Both the position numbers and the translations under genes were made by a program. The notes below the pieces were generated by a model, which saw only the letters and a list, made by a program, of their open reading frames with translations, was not told where the DNA came from and ran no database searches. DNA of 64,000 nucleotides from an uncultured Acidobacteriota bacterium. GTDB lineage: Bacteria > Acidobacteriota > Polarisedimenticolia > J045. Each line of letters opens with the position of its first letter. Position 1 is the first letter of the stretch. The DNA is taken from positions 421 through 64,420 of the forward strand of contig CAVPDB010000004.1 in NCBI GenBank assembly GCA_963702545.1. Direction: 5' to 3'. Positions 59,655 to 64,000 of this stretch are shown in pieces.

Positions 59655-62600
59655 ATGCTCTCTGTCGTGGCGTCACGCACCGCGGTCCGTTCCGCTTTCA
59701 CGCTCGTCCTGGCGCTGCTCCTGGCGCTGCCCGCCCTGGCCCTTCGGGAGCGGCCGACCGCCGAGCGCTTCGACCATCTCGCCGTGCCCCACCCGGGCGC
59801 CACGATCGGCCGTTCGGGCCTCGCCGTCACCGCGCTGCCGGCGGGCGACCCGCTGCGGGCGGGCTGGGAATCCTTCGTCGCCCAGCAGGGGGGGGCTGGG
59901 AGAGCTGGATCGACGTCCGCTCCGGCCTGCCGACCCTCGCGATCGGGCGCGGGATCGCCTGGACGCCGGCCGGCGAGGAGGCCTCGCTGGACGCGCTCGC
60001 GGCCCAGGCGCTCGCCTTCCTCGAACAGAACCGCCTGCTGCTCGGCGACTGGACCGGCCAGATCGAGCTCGACCGCGCCGCCTCGGCGCTGCTCGACGGG
60101 CGCATCTGGCAGGTTTCGTTCCGCCAGGTCGTCGACGGCGTGCCGGTCGAGGGGGCGCGCTACGACTTCCAGGTCGCGGAGGGGAAGCTGGTCGCCTTCG
60201 GCGCCACCACCTGGGGCAAGGTGCGGACCTCCCCCGTGCCAAGCCTGTCCGTCGACGAGGCGCGCACCGCGCTGATGCAGTACCTCGGCGCCGCGGCCCC
60301 CGCGGACCTCGCGCCGCGGGGCCTGCCGGAACTGCGGCTGGTGCCGGTCGATCCGGCCGGGACGACCGCGACCGCCTGGACCGGCCCGCACGGCGAGGGC
60401 TACGCCCACCGCCTGGTCTGGCGCTTCACGATGACGGTGCCCGGCGAGTCGCCGACCTGGGTGGCCGAGATCGATGCCGCGACCGGCGCGGTCGCCGCGC
60501 TGTTCGACGACACCCGCTACGAGCGGATCAAGGGCGGCGTCTACCCGATCTCGGACGACCAGATCTGTCCCTCGGGCTGCGAGCAGCCCGACTACCCGAT
60601 GCCCTTCGCCGACTACACCGTCGACGGGGTGGCGCAGCCGACGACGCTCGACCACGGCCTCTACGAGTGCTCCCCTCCCGGAGCGACCGTCACGACCCGG
60701 CTGGCCGGCCCCTACGTCAAGGTCCAGGACAACTGCGGTCCGATCCAGGAGAGCACCACCTGCGACGAGCCGCTCGACCTGCGGCTCGGCCCCGGCACCG
60801 ACTGCGAGATTCCCGAGGGCGCGTCGGCCGGCAACACCCACGCCTCGCGTTCCGGCTTCTACCACCTGAACCGCTCGATGGAGAAGGGCCGGGCCTGGCT
60901 CCCCGCCAACAACTGGCTCAAGCAGCAGCTGATCGACAACGTCAACATCAACGCGACCTGCAACGCCTACTGGAGCGGCTCGGTCAACTTCTACAAGTCG
61001 GGCGGCGGCTGCCGGAACACCGGCGAGATCATGGGCGTGTTCGTGCACGAGTGGGGCCACGGGATCGACCAGAACGACGGCGGCGGCTACGACAACCCGT
61101 CCGAGGCCTACGCCGACATCGTGGCCTTCTTCGAGACCCGCGAGAGCTGCATCGGCCGCGGCTTCTTCGTCTCGCAGAACTGCGACGGCTACGGCAACGC
61201 CTGCCTGAACTGCACCGGCATCCGCGACCAGGACTGGGACAAGCACGCCAGCCACGCGCCCTCGACCCCCGGCGGCTTCATCCAGAACAACTGCAGCGGC
61301 GGCGGTGGCCCGTGCGGCAAGGAAGAGCACTGCGAGGGCTACCTGGCCGGCGAGACGGTCTGGGACCTGGCGGTGCGTGACCTCGTCACGACCGGCGGGA
61401 TGGACGCGGCCTCGGCCTGGCAGCTGGCCGAGAAGATGTTCTACAAGTCGCGCGCCGGCTCGGGCGGCAACGCCTACAACTGCGCGCCCCCCAACGGCGA
61501 CAGCTGCGGGACCAGCAGCTGGTTCCACAAGTTCCGCCTGATCGACGACGACGACGGCAACCTGAACAACGGCACGCCGCACGCGGCCTCGATCTTCGCC
61601 GCCTTCAAGCGCCACGGGATCTCCTGCGGCGCGGTCTCCGACGCCTCGAACCAGAACTCCTCGACCTGCCCCGCGCTGGCGAAGCCGACGATCACGACCA
61701 AGGCCCAGACCAACGCCGTCGAGCTGACCTGGGGCGCGGTCCCCAACGCCGCGAAGTACCAGATCCTGCGCACCGAGCTGGGCTGCGACCGCGGGCAGAT
61801 CATCGTCGACTCCGTCAACGCGCCGGCCACGACCTACACCGACTTCGACCTGGGCAACGACTTCACGGTCTACTACCGGGTCCAGGCGGTGGGCAGCAAC
61901 GGGGCCTGCGAGAGCGCGGTCTCCAACTGCGTCGGCGCCTCGGCCGCGCCCTTCGCCGGCAACGTGCGCTTCACCGCCGGCAGCTACGGCTGCAGCAACC
62001 AGGTCACACTCCGGGTGCGCGACGCCAACGTGGTCGGCAGCTCCCTGACGGTCACGGTCTGGTCGACCACCGAGCCGGTGCGCGAGACCCTCGTGCTGAC
62101 CGAGACCGCCCCCGGTTCCGGCAAGTTCGAGGGGACGCTGATGACGACCTCCGGCCCGCCGGTGGCCGGCGACGGCCAGCTCTCGATCGCCAATGGCGAC
62201 ACGCTGACCGCGGAGTACGTCGACGCCGACGACGGCTCGGGCGGCTTCAACATCGCGCGCCAGCACACTGCCGCCGGCGACTGCGTCTTCCCGGTCGTGA
62301 CCGGCGTGCGCGACGAGGGGGTCACCGACATCGCCGCGACGATCCGCTGGGAAACCGACGAGGTCTCCGACACGCTGCTGCTCTGGGGGCCGACCAAGCC
62401 GCCGTCGAGCAGCTCCGCGGGCGCAGCCCGCGTCACGGCCCACGAGGTCAAGCTGAACGGCCTGACCTCCTGCACGACCTACTGGTACGAGGTCCGCTCG
62501 ACCGATCCGGCCGGCAACCTGGCGCGCTCGGACAACGGCGGGGCGTACTACCACTTCGAGACGCTCGGCAACTTCGGCGACGGGCTGCAGCCCTGCCACG

Positions 62601-64000
62601 CCGGGCGGGTCTCGATGGACGCGCCGACCTTCTCCTGCGCCGCGACCGTCTCCTTCCGCGTCGTCGACCAGGACCTCAACCTCAGCCCCACCGCGGTCGA
62701 CACGGCGGTCGTGCTGGTGAGCAGCACGACCGAACCCGGCGGCGAATGGGTGACGATCACCGAGACCGGCGCCAACACTTCGCGCTTCAACGGCTCGATC
62801 GCGACCAACGGCGGCGCTCCGGCGCCCAATGGCTCGCTGCAGGCCGCCCACGGCGACGTGATCACGGTCAGCTACCAGGACGCCGACGACGGCACCGGCG
62901 AGCCGCACCTCTCCTGGGCCACCTCGGTCGCCGACTGTGCCGGGCCGAAGATCACTTCCCTCTCGGTCGACGCGATCACCAACGCCCGCGCCACGATCCA
63001 CTTCACGACCGCCGAGCCCGCGGACACCGTCGTCGAGTGGGGCACGACGCCGGCCCTGGGCCAGGTCTCCAGCAACGCGTCGCGGGTCCTGACCCACGAC
63101 ATCGTGCTCAACCAGTTCGACACCTGCCAGGCGGTCTGGTTCCGCGTGAAGACCACCGACCAGTACGGCAACCTGCGGGTCGCCGACGACGGCGGCCAGC
63201 CGTTCTTCTTCCACACCTCGCTGATCCCCGGCCTGTACTACCGCGAGTCGTTCGAGAACAACCCCGCCGGCTGGACGCTGCAGGGGGAGTGGGAGATCGG
63301 CGAGCCGAAGGGGCTTGGCGCCTACGGCGGCACAGCCGACCCGGCCTCCGCCTACAACAACCGCAAGGCGCTGGGCCACGATCAGACCGGCCGCGGCGCG
63401 AATCCCGGTCGCTACGAGCCCAGCCTGACCGAGAAGGCCCGGATGCCGGTCCAGAACGCCACGACCTGGACCCAGACCAAGCTGCTGCTCTACCGCCACC
63501 TCGCGTCCGGAACCGGCGACGACGCCTCGATCTGGATCTTCGTCCCGGCCGGGCTGCCGCTGTTCCGCACCGACAACGTCCAGACGATCGACCGCAGCTG
63601 GCAGCTCCAGACCTGGGACGTGAGCAGCCAGGTCGACGGCAAGCCCTCCGTGCTGCTCGAGTTCCAGCAGAAGGCGAACGCCTCGGACAACTACGCCGGC
63701 TGGACGATCGACGAGATCATCTTCAAGGACGGCTCCAAGCCCGACTACGGACCGTGCGGCAACTGCGGCGGCGCCCCGACCTTCGCCGGCGCGGTCTCGG
63801 CCGTCGACAACAACGCCTGCGGCGCGACCGGCGTCACCGTGTCGTGGGACGCGGCCCCGGCGTGGGGAACCGGCGGCAGCGGGACCTACGCGGTCTACCG
63901 CGGCACGGCCCCCGGCTTCCCCGCCGACCCGGCCCACCGCGTCGCCAAGGGGGTGGCCGCCCTCTCCTACAACGACACCACCGCACCCGCCGGGACGCTC
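59655..64000 (+). pseudogene. very large secreted zinc metalloprotease (thermolysin/fungalysin-like gluzincin) with multiple FN3/Ig-like domains; frameshift in a G8 tract; 3' end beyond the window
   Basis: ATG 59655 gives signal peptide MLSVVASRTAVRSAFTLVLALLLALPALA (track ORF 59655..60275). After the G8 run at 59888-59895 the real frame shifts and stays open to 64000, so it is absent from the ORF track. My translation reads WESWIDVRSGLPTLAIGRGIAW... (propeptide-like), then NAYWSGSVNFYKSGGGCRNTGEIMGVFVHEWGHGIDQNDGGGYDNPSEAYADIVAFF (HExxH with xEAxxD 15 aa later), then repeated beta domains (AVELTWGAVPNAAKYQILR..., TDIAATIRWETDEVSDTLLLWG..., ARATIHFTTAEPADTVVEWG..., VTVSWDAAP...YAVYRG). Confidence 0.8.

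Overview
Very GC-rich window (by eye above 70% G+C, not computed) from a diderm-type bacterium, shown by LptD, a TonB-dependent receptor and TatBC. The lineage cannot be fixed from sequence alone. I can support about 50 protein genes and one tRNA-Arg(TCG). I saw no rRNA, CRISPR array, transposase, integrase or phage genes.

Gene content, left to right:
- An LPS-core/Tat operon: tatB, tatC, a GT2 and a Kdo-kinase-like gene.
- An S41 C-terminal protease.
- lptD followed by a tightly coupled four-gene prenyl-lipid module: an RmlD-like reductase, an SDR epimerase, a fused prenol-kinase::DUF92 protein and a UbiA prenyltransferase.
- A CN-hydrolase and nadE.
- An AI-2E transporter, selD and rsmI in one operon. 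selD carries an in-frame UGA (selenocysteine) with a hairpin right after it.
- A PpiC isomerase plus three tandem HupE/UreJ paralogs.
- An SSF symporter, a TonB-dependent receptor, a PSP1 gene, smpB, speA and an OPT transporter.
- A stand-alone topoisomerase VI subunit B gene.
- Two unrelated Cys-rich secreted proteins.
- Secreted hydrolases: a penicillin/AHL-acylase family protein, a BNR-repeat protein, an M1 peptidase with TPR tail and a C69 dipeptidase.
- An ECF sigma, a giant anti-sigma and a double ABC exporter operon.
- tRNA-Arg followed by a Cys-rich protein divergent from a zinc metalloprotease of more than 1400 aa that runs off the right edge.

Data quality: many conserved genes between about 9 and 36 kb are broken by frame changes, often several per gene and some compensating. 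The 36-64 kb half has only three. I read most of these as sequence or assembly errors rather than real decay, so 'pseudogene' below means 'not translatable end-to-end as sequenced'.

No textbook defence or mobile system is visible. The most promising candidates for something undescribed are the prenol-salvage/UbiA/SDR module downstream of lptD, the tRNA-flanked Cys-rich protein/giant metalloprotease pair, the orphan Top6B, and the ECF/anti-sigma/2xABC operon.

All family calls come from motif recognition by eye. No searches were run.
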